Source: an uncultured bacterium
GTDB taxonomy: Bacteria; Acidobacteriota; Thermoanaerobaculia; Multivoradales; JAHZIX01
Direction: 5' to 3'
Assembly: GCA_965368975.1 (NCBI GenBank)
Contig: CBDUPA010000022.1
Span: 1-64,000, forward strand
Length of the DNA: 64,000 nucleotides
Shown here one piece after another: positions 26,567 through 37,354 of the stretch. The position numbers and the translations under genes are program-made. How positions within the stretch are numbered: the first letter of the stretch is position 1; each line of letters opens with the position of its first letter. The notes below the pieces were generated by a model, which made no database searches, was not told where the DNA came from, and worked only from the letters and a program-made list of their open reading frames with translations.

Positions 26567-29434
26567 CTAGTCTCCTGTTCGTAGCACGCGGGCCAGACCG
26601 CATCGCTCGTAGGCCCCGAAACCGAACGCCAGTCCCTGGAACATCTGGTCGGCACCCTTCCACCAACCGGACGCGTTGCCCAGGTAGTCGGCCCACCAGC
26701 CGGCCAGGCTGGGATTATCGAAGGCGGCGCGGCCGAGGGTGCACAGGTCGATGGCTGGAGTGGCAGTGGGGTCCAGCTCGTGGGCTTGCAGCAGCCAGGC
26801 GATCGTGTGGGGACGGTTGGGGCCGAGGATGCTGAGACCATCGCCGTTGTCGAACCAGGTACAGCTGTTCACCTGCGTTCCACCCCCGGTCAGACTACAG
26901 CTCATGAGCGCCGCCCAGTCGGCATTGACGTCGATGGCGCCGCCGGGACCTTGCATCATGCCCTGCTGGTAATAGACCAACGGCGCTTCGATCAGCGACC
27001 GTTGTAGGCCGCCGAAATCCCCGTAGTTGCGCAGCATGCGGTGGAAGAAGAGGAAGTGCATGGCGTTCTGCATGAACTGCTGGGGCTGGTCGCAGGTGTT
27101 GGCGTTGGGAATGTCGCCCTGGCAGAGTAGTCCGGCACGCAGGTTGTCTTGCCCTAGCTCAGCGAGAATCTCTTGCAGACGATCGTGGCAGGCTTGGCCC
27201 GCCGCGCCGGGGACGAACTCGGCACAGTTGGCCAGCATCTCGAAGTGCTGGATCACCTGACGCGTGATGTCGACCTGATCGACGAACGCCTCGCGCAAGC
27301 CTTGCTGAGCTTGCGGCAGGCTGTAGCGATTGGTCATGGTGATGCCAGCTTGACGGAACCGGTCGCGCAGCGCGGGACTGGGGCGCAGCAGGTAGGCGAG
27401 TTGCAGGCCTTGGTTGTAGCTGTAGTCGTCCGAGCCGAAGGCGCTGCGGTGCCACTGACCCTCGCCGCTGCCACCGGAGGTCACCGCGACGCCGGCGCGG
27501 TTGCCGTGACTCTGGTTGCCGATGTTGAGATAGGCGGTGTGCGTTTGCAGCCAGCTCTGCGGCAAGGCGAAATCCCAGGCCCAGCGTGGGTGGCCGCTGC
27601 GCAGGAACTCGAGCAACTCGGTGCCGCTGGGATTCCAGTAGTTCATCGCGCCGCTGTTGCTCGCCGGGTCGGGATTGTCGATCAGCCACAGGTCGCGCTG
27701 CACGTCGGGCCACAGCTGCGAGCCGAAGGTCTTGGCACGGTGCCACTGTCCGTTCGGGGCGGCGCCGACGGTCTGCCCGTGCAGCTCGCCGAGCAGCTGG
27801 AGGTAGGTGGTCTCGGTGGCGGACGGCGTGCCGGTACCGGCGCCCAACGTGGGCAGGACGCTGGCGCGGTCGAAGCGACTGCGGTAGGTGCGCACCAGCA
27901 GACCGCGTTCGAGTTCGTCGACAGCCTCGGTGCGCAGCGCCTCGACGTCCGCAATCGCGTTCGCGAAAGGGCCTCCGGAGGGGCCGGGTAGCAGGCTCAG
28001 GCGGGCTTGATTCCACAGGCCCTTGCCTTCGCCGACGACCAGGCTCTCGCTGATCACGCGCAGCGACAGCGTCGAGCCCTGGGCCACGATCGCTTGTGGC
28101 TCTCGGTAGCGCATCCAGGCGAGGTTGAGCGCGGCGAGTAGGTGGTTGCCGCCCAGGGGGCCAGCAGTCTGACCCTGGATCGCCAGCACCGGGCGATCGA
28201 AAGCCTGCGCGGTCTGCTGGTCGACGCTGTTCAGGCGGATGCGCGCGCGACGCTGCCACGGCGAGCCGGTGCCCTTGCGCTGCTCGACGTCCACGGTGCC
28301 GGCACCGAAAGTCGTGACCGCACCGGCGCCGCCGGCATGGGCGCTGACCTGGGTCCAGCCGAGGGGCAACTCCCAGGACGCTCGGTGCACGGTGACGGCG
28401 TCGTCGGTCCAGGGACCGGAGTTGGCGTCGCTACACTCGTTGCGCAGGTGGAATTCCAGCAGCACGTGACGGCTGGCGCGCTGGAAGGTGGCGACGAGGG
28501 TGTAGCCGAAGCGTTCGTAGTCGGTGGGGCCGCTGGTGCACAGGCTGGCGCCGGTACCGGAGGAGAAGTGCCCGTCGAGTGCCACGGTCACCTTGGCCGG
28601 GCCGTTCTCCAGGATGCGGAAGCTGCCGGCATCGACGGTCACCTGCCCGGGCGTCGCGGTGCTCAGGGTCAGCGGAGTTCCACCGTTGTCGAAACTCAGG
28701 TACGGACCGGCGCCGGCGACATGACTGTAGACCGGAATGCGCGTGGCGCTGTCGATGTCGTTGGGGTTGACGCCGATGGCGTGGAACAGGGCGGGATTGG
28801 CGGCATCCAGTTCGAAGGTCGCCAGGCCGGTGTCGGCCATAAAGCGGCTCGTTGCCGGAACCGGCGTGATGCTGGCGGCGAAAGGCGTCGCGCTCGAAGC
28901 GGGTGTTTCCATGCGCCGCAGGGCGACTCGCACGAACGCCGGATTGTTCGCACTACCGGCACCGACGTGTGCGGGGAAGACCACCTGTAGCCAACGGATT
29001 GGCAAGCTGGTGTCGTCCACCGGACCGCCCCAGCGCGCAAGAACGTCGAATTGCGCCTCGAGGCGGCGTTGACCGCTGCCGGCGACGATCAAGGCGTCCG
29101 TCGAGGTCAGCCCCAGGTCGCGGGCGATCGGGATCGCCGACCAGGCGAGTTCACGACCGCGCGCTCGCGGCCTGTCGTTGAACACTTCCAGGCAGGCCAG
29201 CTCCTGGAACGAGCCGGCCGGCACCGCGCCCGGACTGCCGTCCAGGGCGCTGGTGATCACGGGGCCTTCGAGGCAACTGGCGCCGAGGCCGAAGACGCGC
29301 TGGAAGTCGCCGGTCTCACCGGTCTCGAAGCCGGTGATGTTGAGGGCTTGGCTTTGGCCGGCACACGGTGGCGGAGTCCAGCAGAGCGCCAGCGAAGCCG
29401 CCAGCGCAACGAGGTGGGCAATTCTGCACTTCAT
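26567..29434 (-). CDS. Large secreted protein, possibly PcRGLX/YetA-like polysaccharide lyase or hydrolase
   Basis: Signal peptide MKCRIAHLVALAASLALCW; AQFDVLARWGG...IRWLQV; ILENGPAKVTV; helical C-terminal part. Family assignment is tentative. Confidence 0.55.
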   Translation of the reverse strand: MKCRIAHLVALAASLALCWTPPPCAGQSQALNITGFETGETGDFQRVFGLGASCLEGPVITSALDGSPGAVPAGSFQELACLEVFNDRPRARGRELAWSAIPIARDLGLTSTDALIVAGSGQRRLEAQFDVLARWGGPVDDTSLPIRWLQVVFPAHVGAGSANNPAFVRVALRRMETPASSATPFAASITPVPATSRFMADTGLATFELDAANPALFHAIGVNPNDIDSATRIPVYSHVAGAGPYLSFDNGGTPLTLSTATPGQVTVDAGSFRILENGPAKVTVALDGHFSSGTGASLCTSGPTDYERFGYTLVATFQRASRHVLLEFHLRNECSDANSGPWTDDAVTVHRASWELPLGWTQVSAHAGGAGAVTTFGAGTVDVEQRKGTGSPWQRRARIRLNSVDQQTAQAFDRPVLAIQGQTAGPLGGNHLLAALNLAWMRYREPQAIVAQGSTLSLRVISESLVVGEGKGLWNQARLSLLPGPSGGPFANAIADVEALRTEAVDELERGLLVRTYRSRFDRASVLPTLGAGTGTPSATETTYLQLLGELHGQTVGAAPNGQWHRAKTFGSQLWPDVQRDLWLIDNPDPASNSGAMNYWNPSGTELLEFLRSGHPRWAWDFALPQSWLQTHTAYLNIGNQSHGNRAGVAVTSGGSGEGQWHRSAFGSDDYSYNQGLQLAYLLRPSPALRDRFRQAGITMTNRYSLPQAQQGLREAFVDQVDITRQVIQHFEMLANCAEFVPGAAGQACHDRLQEILAELGQDNLRAGLLCQGDIPNANTCDQPQQFMQNAMHFLFFHRMLRNYGDFGGLQRSLIEAPLVYYQQGMMQGPGGAIDVNADWAALMSCSLTGGGTQVNSCTWFDNGDGLSILGPNRPHTIAWLLQAHELDPTATPAIDLCTLGRAAFDNPSLAGWWADYLGNASGWWKGADQMFQGLAFGFGAYERCGLARVLRTGD

Positions 29435-29509
29435 GGGTTCTCCCTGGGAACGAAGGCAAACTGTAGGAGCTTCTGTACTGCAGTTCGCGCTTACGCGCAC
29501 GGGTTCGAC

Positions 29510-30463
29510 TCACTTCGCCAGGGGCGCGTCGGACGGCAGGTGAAAGCGCAACCAGCGCGGACACACCCGGAAGTGCAGGTTGCGCTCGAAGACCGGCTCG
29601 CCGTCCAGGTTGACGTGCAGACCTTCCGGCACCTCGATGTCCAGGCGCTCGACCTGCCAGCGGAGTACGTCCTTCTCGAGCGCTGCGGTACCTTCGAGCA
29701 GGAATGCCGTCACCTTCTCGGCTTTCGGCTGTTCAGGCTCATCCGGCAGGATGGTCACGTCCAGCAAGCCATCGTCGAGCAGCGCCTGTGGACAGGGAGC
29801 CATGCCACCGCCGGCCAGGCGTCCGTTACCTACCGCCAGACCCCAGAAGGAGCCGTGCCAGTCGAGGTCCGGACCCTGCAGCCGTCCGCGCACGGGCTGC
29901 AGCTCACCCAGGCGCGCCAGACCGGTGAGCAGGTATGCCGTGCCGCCGAAGACGCGCTTGAACTCGGGGGCCGTCTCGGCGGTGATGCGGGTGCCAAAGC
30001 CACCCGACGCCACGTTGACGAAGACGCGTCCATCGAGCAAACCGATGTCGATCGGATGTGCTTCTGTTTCGATCACCAGGCGCAGCGCGGCTTCGACGTC
30101 GTCCGTGGGTATTCCGCAGCCGTGGGCGAAGTCGTTGGCGCTACCCAGGGGCAGGAGGCCGACCGAGCAGCGCGGCCGCGCCGGAGGCTCTTTGCGCTGT
30201 GCCTCGTACAGACCGCTCACGACTTCGTTCAGCGTGCCATCGCCGCCGCCTGCGACCACTTTGGCGATGCCCTCGGCTTCGGCCTGACGCGCAAAGCGGG
30301 CGGCGTCTCCCTGCTCCCAGGTGACGCGTACCTCGATGCGGTGTCCCTCGCCGCGCAGTCGCTCGACGGCGGACCGAACCTGGGGCTGGTCCGCGACTTT
30401 GCCGTTCAGAATCAGCCGGATGTGTTGTGTGCCGTTCGCGTCTTCCTTGCTCACAAACACCAT
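29510..30463 (-). CDS. yegS: YegS/diacylglycerol kinase family lipid kinase
   Basis: LILNGK, VRVTWE, GGGDGTLNEV, LPLGSANDFA, NVASGGFG, GNGRLAGGG, NLDGEP. Confidence 0.9.
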   Translation of the reverse strand: MVFVSKEDANGTQHIRLILNGKVADQPQVRSAVERLRGEGHRIEVRVTWEQGDAARFARQAEAEGIAKVVAGGGDGTLNEVVSGLYEAQRKEPPARPRCSVGLLPLGSANDFAHGCGIPTDDVEAALRLVIETEAHPIDIGLLDGRVFVNVASGGFGTRITAETAPEFKRVFGGTAYLLTGLARLGELQPVRGRLQGPDLDWHGSFWGLAVGNGRLAGGGMAPCPQALLDDGLLDVTILPDEPEQPKAEKVTAFLLEGTAALEKDVLRWQVERLDIEVPEGLHVNLDGEPVFERNLHFRVCPRWLRFHLPSDAPLAK

Positions 30464-30465
30464 TC

Positions 30466-30504
30466 TAGCGCTCAGGCAGGGTCGGCTACCCTGCCTGAGC
30501 GCTA
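30466..30504. repeat. Perfect 17-bp inverted repeat between the OPT gene and yegS
   Basis: TAGCGCTCAGGCAGGGT-cggct-ACCCTGCCTGAGCGCTA. Confidence 0.7.
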
Positions 30505-30529
30505 TTCACGGTTCGACCGACGGGGCGCG

Positions 30530-32473
30530 TCAGGCTTCGGCGGGTCGGAGGGCCTTGCGCATCAGCATCCAGACGACCACGCCCAGGCCGGCTAGCGACA
30601 CAATGTCGACGATCAGTCCGCCCTGCAACCAATCCGCGAAGATCGGCAGGTTCAGGTTGGTGACCAGCAGGCCGGCGACGGCAATGCCGGCGATGGCTTC
30701 ACCGGCCACCAGGCCGGAGGAGAAGAGCAGACCTCGGTGGATCGCCTTCTGCTTGTCCTCTTCGTCGGCCTGGTCCTTCTGCAGTCGACGCTCGACCAGC
30801 AGGTAGACGATGCCGCCGAGCAGGATCGGCGTGGTCACGGTCCACGGCAGGTACATGCCGACGGCCAGTGGCATGGCATGCAGGCGGAACTTCGAGCCCT
30901 TGGGGGCGAGGAAGATCAGGTCGATGGCGATGGCGAGGACGCCGACCAGGGCGCCCCAGCCCACCAGGTTCCACGGGATCGCCTCACCGTGACCGAAGAT
31001 ACCGCCGACCAGCTTCTCGAACATCACGCCCTGCGGCGCCTGCAACGGCTCGACACCCTCGCGCACCGATTCACCGATGCCGTAGGCCTTGTGCAGCAAC
31101 ACCATCACTGGCGCAATGATGAAGGCCGGCACGATGGTGCCGAACAGCTCGCCGATCTGCAGCTTTTTGGGCGTGGCGCCGACGATCTGACCGATCTTGA
31201 GGTCCTGACAGATGTCGCCCGAGGTACAGGCGGCGCAGCAGACGACACCGGCGACGCCGAGCGTCGCCAGCATGCCACCAGCACCGGTGTAGCCGAGCAT
31301 CAGCAGCAGGCCGGCGGTGATCAGCACGGTGCAGATCGTCATGCCGGACACCGGTGAGTTCGAGGACCCCACCAGACCCACGATGTAGGCGGCGACGGCG
31401 ACGAAGAAGAAGGCGAGGATGAACAGCAAGATCGCGGTGATCACCGTCGTCACGATGCTGCCGGTCATCATGTAGTAGACGCCGCCGCTCATCAGCAGGG
31501 TGGCGGCCAGCAGGCCGAACAGCAGCTTGCCGGAAATACCCTGCTCAGTGCGCGGCACGTTGGTCTCGTCCTCGTGTCCGCGGATGCCGCGCGCGGCGGT
31601 GCGGATCGCCTGGCCCATCGAACCGGAAATCTTGAAGATCGAGTAGATACCGCCGACCACCATGGCGCCGATGCCGAAGAAGCGGATCTTGCTGTCCCAG
31701 ATACCCATCAGCCCGTCGATCATCGAGGCGTTGCCCAGGTCGGCGCCCCAGGCCAGCACCGGAATGGCGCCGAGGAAGGAGATGGCGCCGCCGAGGAAGA
31801 TCAGCAGTGACACCTCCCAGCCGACGATGAAGCCGACCGCCATCAGCATGGGGGAGATGTCCATGCCGGCGTAGACACCCGTCTTGCCGAACCGCGTCGC
31901 GGCCTCGACGCTACCCTTGAACAAGCCGACCAGGCTCTGCAGTAGCTTGAACCCGAAGCCGATGCCGAGCGCGGTGAAGATGCCCATCATCTCGGCACCG
32001 CCGCGGTCGCCGGCCTTCAGCACCTCGGCGCACGCGACGCCCTCGGGGTAGCGCAGCTCTTTCTGCTCGATGATCATCGGCCGCCGTAGCGGGATCATCA
32101 TCACCACGCCCATCACGCCGCCGGCGGCGGCGATCAGCGTCGTTTCCCAGTAGTTGAACGTGTCCCACAGGTTGAGCAGGACGATCGCCGGCACCGTGAA
32201 GATGATGCCGGCGGCCAGGGACTCGCCGGAACTGGCGATGGTGTGCACAATGTTGTTCTCGAGAATCGTGCCGCGCTTCAGGATGCCGCGCAGGACGCCC
32301 ATCGAGATCACCGACGCAGGGATGGCGGCCGATACGGTCATGCCGGCGTACAGGCCGACATAGATGTTGGCCGCACACATGATCAGGCTGAGCACGAGGC
32401 CCAAGAAGATCGCTTGGAACGTCAACTCGGGCAGATTCTTCTCCGCCGGAACATAGGGCTGGATTTCAGGCAT
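30530..32473 (-). CDS. OPT family oligopeptide transporter
   Basis: ANIYVGLYAGMTVSAAIPA, ENNIV, LRYPEGVACAEVL, GSSNSPVSG, QDLKIG, APQG, SGLVAGE; many TM helices. Confidence 0.93.
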   Translation of the reverse strand: MPEIQPYVPAEKNLPELTFQAIFLGLVLSLIMCAANIYVGLYAGMTVSAAIPASVISMGVLRGILKRGTILENNIVHTIASSGESLAAGIIFTVPAIVLLNLWDTFNYWETTLIAAAGGVMGVVMMIPLRRPMIIEQKELRYPEGVACAEVLKAGDRGGAEMMGIFTALGIGFGFKLLQSLVGLFKGSVEAATRFGKTGVYAGMDISPMLMAVGFIVGWEVSLLIFLGGAISFLGAIPVLAWGADLGNASMIDGLMGIWDSKIRFFGIGAMVVGGIYSIFKISGSMGQAIRTAARGIRGHEDETNVPRTEQGISGKLLFGLLAATLLMSGGVYYMMTGSIVTTVITAILLFILAFFFVAVAAYIVGLVGSSNSPVSGMTICTVLITAGLLLMLGYTGAGGMLATLGVAGVVCCAACTSGDICQDLKIGQIVGATPKKLQIGELFGTIVPAFIIAPVMVLLHKAYGIGESVREGVEPLQAPQGVMFEKLVGGIFGHGEAIPWNLVGWGALVGVLAIAIDLIFLAPKGSKFRLHAMPLAVGMYLPWTVTTPILLGGIVYLLVERRLQKDQADEEDKQKAIHRGLLFSSGLVAGEAIAGIAVAGLLVTNLNLPIFADWLQGGLIVDIVSLAGLGVVVWMLMRKALRPAEA

Positions 32474-32571
32474 ACGAGTCCCCAGAGTTAGGTAGGTTCA
32501 ATTTGAGCAAGGCTGACGCAGAAGTATAGCCAATCGCCTGGGTCCACACCAATTGCGGTACAGTCCAAGAT

Positions 32572-33935
32572 ATGGACCGTGTTTCCCGTGCCTTGGCTCG
32601 GCGGCAGCCGGCGGCTCGTTGGGACCTGTGGTTGCCGCTGGCCGGTGCGCTGATCACCGTTGCGTTGTTGGTGCTGGCGGTGCTGGCGGATCAGGCGTTG
32701 CGGCAGCGTCGAGACCTCGCCCTCGATGGCGCCTTCCTGCGCCTCGCGCACCGCCTGGAGATCGAGTTGCGTGAGACACCGCCCGCCGAGGCTAGTCCCG
32801 TGCTCGATCGCTTTCTCCGAGAGTCGCAGGAAGACGCCGAAGCGCCGACGTACAACCTGGTACAGGCCCTGGCTCTGCTGGACGGCCAAGGACTCGCGAC
32901 GCACAGGGCAGGCCCTCTGGACGCAGCCGCAACCCGGCACGACGAGCCCGGGCGCGACATCCTGTTGTTTCTGGGGCGCTTGTGGGCTCTGGAACGACTC
33001 GGCCAGGGTGCCAGCGAGGGACATCAACTCCTGCCGCCGGCCAGACGTGGACTGGGGCAAGGAGGGCTGGTTCAGCTTGGCCACCCGGCTGTGCGTACCC
33101 TGCGCGTGATCGAGACGGCAGCGGCCCGCGGACGCCCGCTCAGTGAACTGTTGCTGCTGCCGGCTGCCGCGGTGGCCAGTGCCGCGGTCCTGGCTCTCGC
33201 CGTCCTTGGGGGGCGGCTGCTGCGACGCCAACAAGAGGTTGCACGGCAGGAAGCATCCCGACGGCGGCTGGAAGGGCTCGGACGCGCTGGCGCCGGACTG
33301 GCGCACCAGCTGCGCACACCCCTGGCGACCCTGAAGGGGACCTGCCAATTGCTCGCCGAAGATCTCCAGGAGGTCGATACCGAGCGTCAGGAGCTTCGCC
33401 TACAGCGTGTCCTGGGGGAAGTGGATCGCATGGAAGCGCTGCTCGGTCAGTTGCTCGACTACGCTCGGCCTCCAGCACCCGAAGCGCGCGACTTCGAGCT
33501 GAAGCCTCTGTGCGACCGGATCGTCGAGGCGGAACTCGACGGTGAGACTGTGAGGGTCGACGTGCCCGCGGGCTTGCAGGTGTGCGCGGATCCGCAGCAT
33601 GTGCGGCAGATTCTGGACAACTTGCTGCAGAATGCGATGCAGGCGGTGGCTCTGCGTGCCTCGATGGCTTCGACGAGGGGGACTCGCGGAGTCGAGCTGG
33701 CGGCACGGCGGGTGGCGGGAGGGGTCGAGATTCGTATCGCGGACGCGGGCGACGGGCCGGGGGACGACCCCGAACATCTCTTCGAGCCCTACGTCACCGG
33801 GCGCGCTGCCGGCACAGGGCTCGGCCTACCGATCGCGCGGGCCCTGGCCGAGGCGAACGGTGGCAGTCTGCATCTGCAGTCTCGGGAAGAAGGTGGCACC
33901 GTGGCCGTGCTGATGCTGCCGGCGGGAGAGGCGTG

Positions 33936-33936
<1 letters not shown>
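32572..33936 (+). CDS. Membrane sensor histidine kinase
   Basis: Two TM segments; [10 protein letters not shown]-box; NLLQNA, DAGDG, GTGLGL. Confidence 0.9.
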
Positions 33937-35269
<1,333 letters not shown>

Positions 35270-35273
<4 letters not shown>

Positions 35274-36139
35274 TCACCCAGCTGTCGCTGGAAGGCTGCC
35301 AGGTGGTTCTGCGTGGCGAAGATCAAGCGGTCGAAGACGGCTCTGAAGTCCGCGTCGTCCGTGTAGGTGTGAGATGACCGCAGGTCCGCGAGATCCATCT
35401 CCTCGATCACCACGCCGACTTTCAGCGCCTCGGTCGGGGAGACTTTGCCGCGGGCCACCAGGTCGGTGTAGAGCGCCGCGAGTTCAGGATCCTGGAAGAC
35501 ACCCTCGGTATCGTCGACGATCGGGTCGACCAGGCCGTAGCGCTCGACCAGCAGGCCGACCAGTTCCATGTGATGGACTTCAGAGCCGGCGATGCGGTGG
35601 AAGACTCGCAGGTTCCAGGTGCGTCCGAGTTCGCGGTACACGTCGCGGGCCAGCTTCTCTTCTTCCCGGTTGCGCAGAACCGCTGCCGTTTCCGTGACGT
35701 CCGGGGTGCCGATCGGCAGCTCGGCGAGTTCGCTCAGGACGGTCCGGGTGCAGCCGCCTCGTCCGCCACCGCCTCCGACGCCTGGGCCGCGGCCCGGTCC
35801 GCGGAACTGGCGAACGCCAGGAGCATTCGTACCCGGGCCGGCATTCGGGCCGTTGCCCGTCGGGTCACTGCCGTTCGGATTCGGGTTCGGGCAATTGGGG
35901 CAGGTTCCCGGGGCGTTGGGGCACTCCCCCGTGCCGTCACCCGGTGTCCCCGTCGGGTTGTTCGGACAGTCGCCCGTGCCGGGGCCATTGCCCGGGCCCG
36001 GACCGTTACCAGGGCCGCGCTGCGGGTTGTCGGCGCACGGCGGGTTGTCGCAGTTGGGGCCGGGGCCGGAACCCTGCTGAGCGGTGACGGGCAGCACGAG
36101 CAGTGCGAGGATCGCTGGGACGATGAAGATGCGTGACAT
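35270..36139 (-). CDS. DUF2202 (ferritin-like) secreted protein with a Gly/Pro/Asn/Cys-rich N-terminal region
   Basis: GGAGA RBS; signal peptide [20 protein letters not shown]; [34 protein letters not shown]. Confidence 0.85.
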
Positions 36140-36196
36140 GGCGGGTCTCCGTTTCAATCGAGCCGGCGAGCCCATCTCGCGGCCAACTGTCTAGAG

Positions 36197-36213
36197 AGCA
36201 GCAATCGTGCCAG
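36197..36213 (-). promoter_or_regulatory. Sigma54 promoter of the DUF2202 gene
   Basis: CTGGCACGATTGCTGCT = GG-N10-GC, about 60 nt upstream of the ATG. Confidence 0.75.
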
Positions 36214-36305
36214 ATGAGTTCTTGAGGGTTGTAGGCGGAAGCTCTTTTTTCTTATGGACTTACGGGAGGATGGAGATAGGTCTCTTGCTGGCAGTAGCTG
36301 CGGAA

Positions 36306-36341
36306 CTGCAGAGTTTGCAGGAGGCCCTGCAAGGATTGCAG
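36306..36341. promoter_or_regulatory. Tandem palindromic upstream activator sites (CTGCA-N5-TGCAG x2)
   Basis: CTGCAgagttTGCAG (36306-36320) and CTGCAaggatTGCAG (36327-36341), 21 bp apart, ~95-130 bp upstream of the -24 element. Confidence 0.65.
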
Positions 36342-36430
36342 ATCCACGGTGTGCGGTCATTGCCGGGTTGTTGTCCGAGAAACTGTCCGAGATGGGTCGA
36401 AGATGAGGGCCCAATCGCTGGTTCGAACAG

Positions 36431-37354
36431 CTATTCGATTTCACGGCTCTTGCTACCGTCGTGCTGCGGCGAGTCCCATGGCTGCAGCCATTGGTACAGC
36501 CAGTCCCGCGCCTCCCGGCTCAACGCTGGGTAGGCGGGGGCCAGCAAGGTTGCCAAGTTGATACCCTTCAGCTCGACGGGGCCAGGTCCCAGCTGGCGCA
36601 GGACGGCGTCCGGCACGGTGGATTCTTGCCACTCGGCGGCAGGGCGATCGGAGAGAGGCTCGGACCCTTCGAAGAAGGTTGCCACCGAGGCACATTGAGA
36701 TAGAGGCTCGGCTGTGGCCACGGCTTCCTGTGCCGGCTCGCCGGTGCTGCCCCGCAGCTTCCTCAGGTTGGCCAGCAGTTGTTCCTGAGTGCGGCCGCGC
36801 CAAGTGAAGATCAGGAAGGGGTTCTCGTCGAAGGCCTCCGCCAGGATGTAGTAGGTGGCGGCGATGTGCTTGCAGGGGTTGGCCCAGTCCGGGCAGGAGC
36901 ACTCGGTATCCAGATCCGCGTTGGAGCCGGGGAAGAGGTCGAGGCCACAGATCTCGAAGGCCTCTTCGATCTCCTGTGGCATCTCTCCGACGAGGAGTTT
37001 GGCTAGGAACAAGGCTTGCTGCGCCAGGACTGTTTCCACCCTGGTCCAGTCTTTCGAACGCAGTGGCCAGAGGTGGATCTCGACCTCGTAGGGCCTGGAC
37101 CTCGAGCCCTGGACCGCCGCGGTCACCATGCCCGGCTGTACCTGAAGGTCTATGACCTGTCCCTTGCGGGCGTACGTGCGCCCCCGTCCCAGGCGGGAGC
37201 CCATGTCGAACGATTCCAGTACCTCCACGAAGCGCTGAGACCACCAGGTTTCGCCGATAACTCCCCGCTGGCTCCTTGCCGAAATGCCCCCTGGAGCCGG
37301 GCGCGGACGTGTCTTGGGATAGTAGCTGGCAGATCGTCTGCGGCGGCGGCTCAT
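36431..37354 (-). CDS. SWIM zinc finger protein
   Basis: WWSQRF, RLGRGRTYARKG, VQGSRSRPY, CSCPDWANPCKHIAA; ATGA overlap with the SNF2 gene. Confidence 0.9.
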   Translation of the reverse strand: MSRRRRRSASYYPKTRPRPAPGGISARSQRGVIGETWWSQRFVEVLESFDMGSRLGRGRTYARKGQVIDLQVQPGMVTAAVQGSRSRPYEVEIHLWPLRSKDWTRVETVLAQQALFLAKLLVGEMPQEIEEAFEICGLDLFPGSNADLDTECSCPDWANPCKHIAATYYILAEAFDENPFLIFTWRGRTQEQLLANLRKLRGSTGEPAQEAVATAEPLSQCASVATFFEGSEPLSDRPAAEWQESTVPDAVLRQLGPGPVELKGINLATLLAPAYPALSREARDWLYQWLQPWDSPQHDGSKSREIE

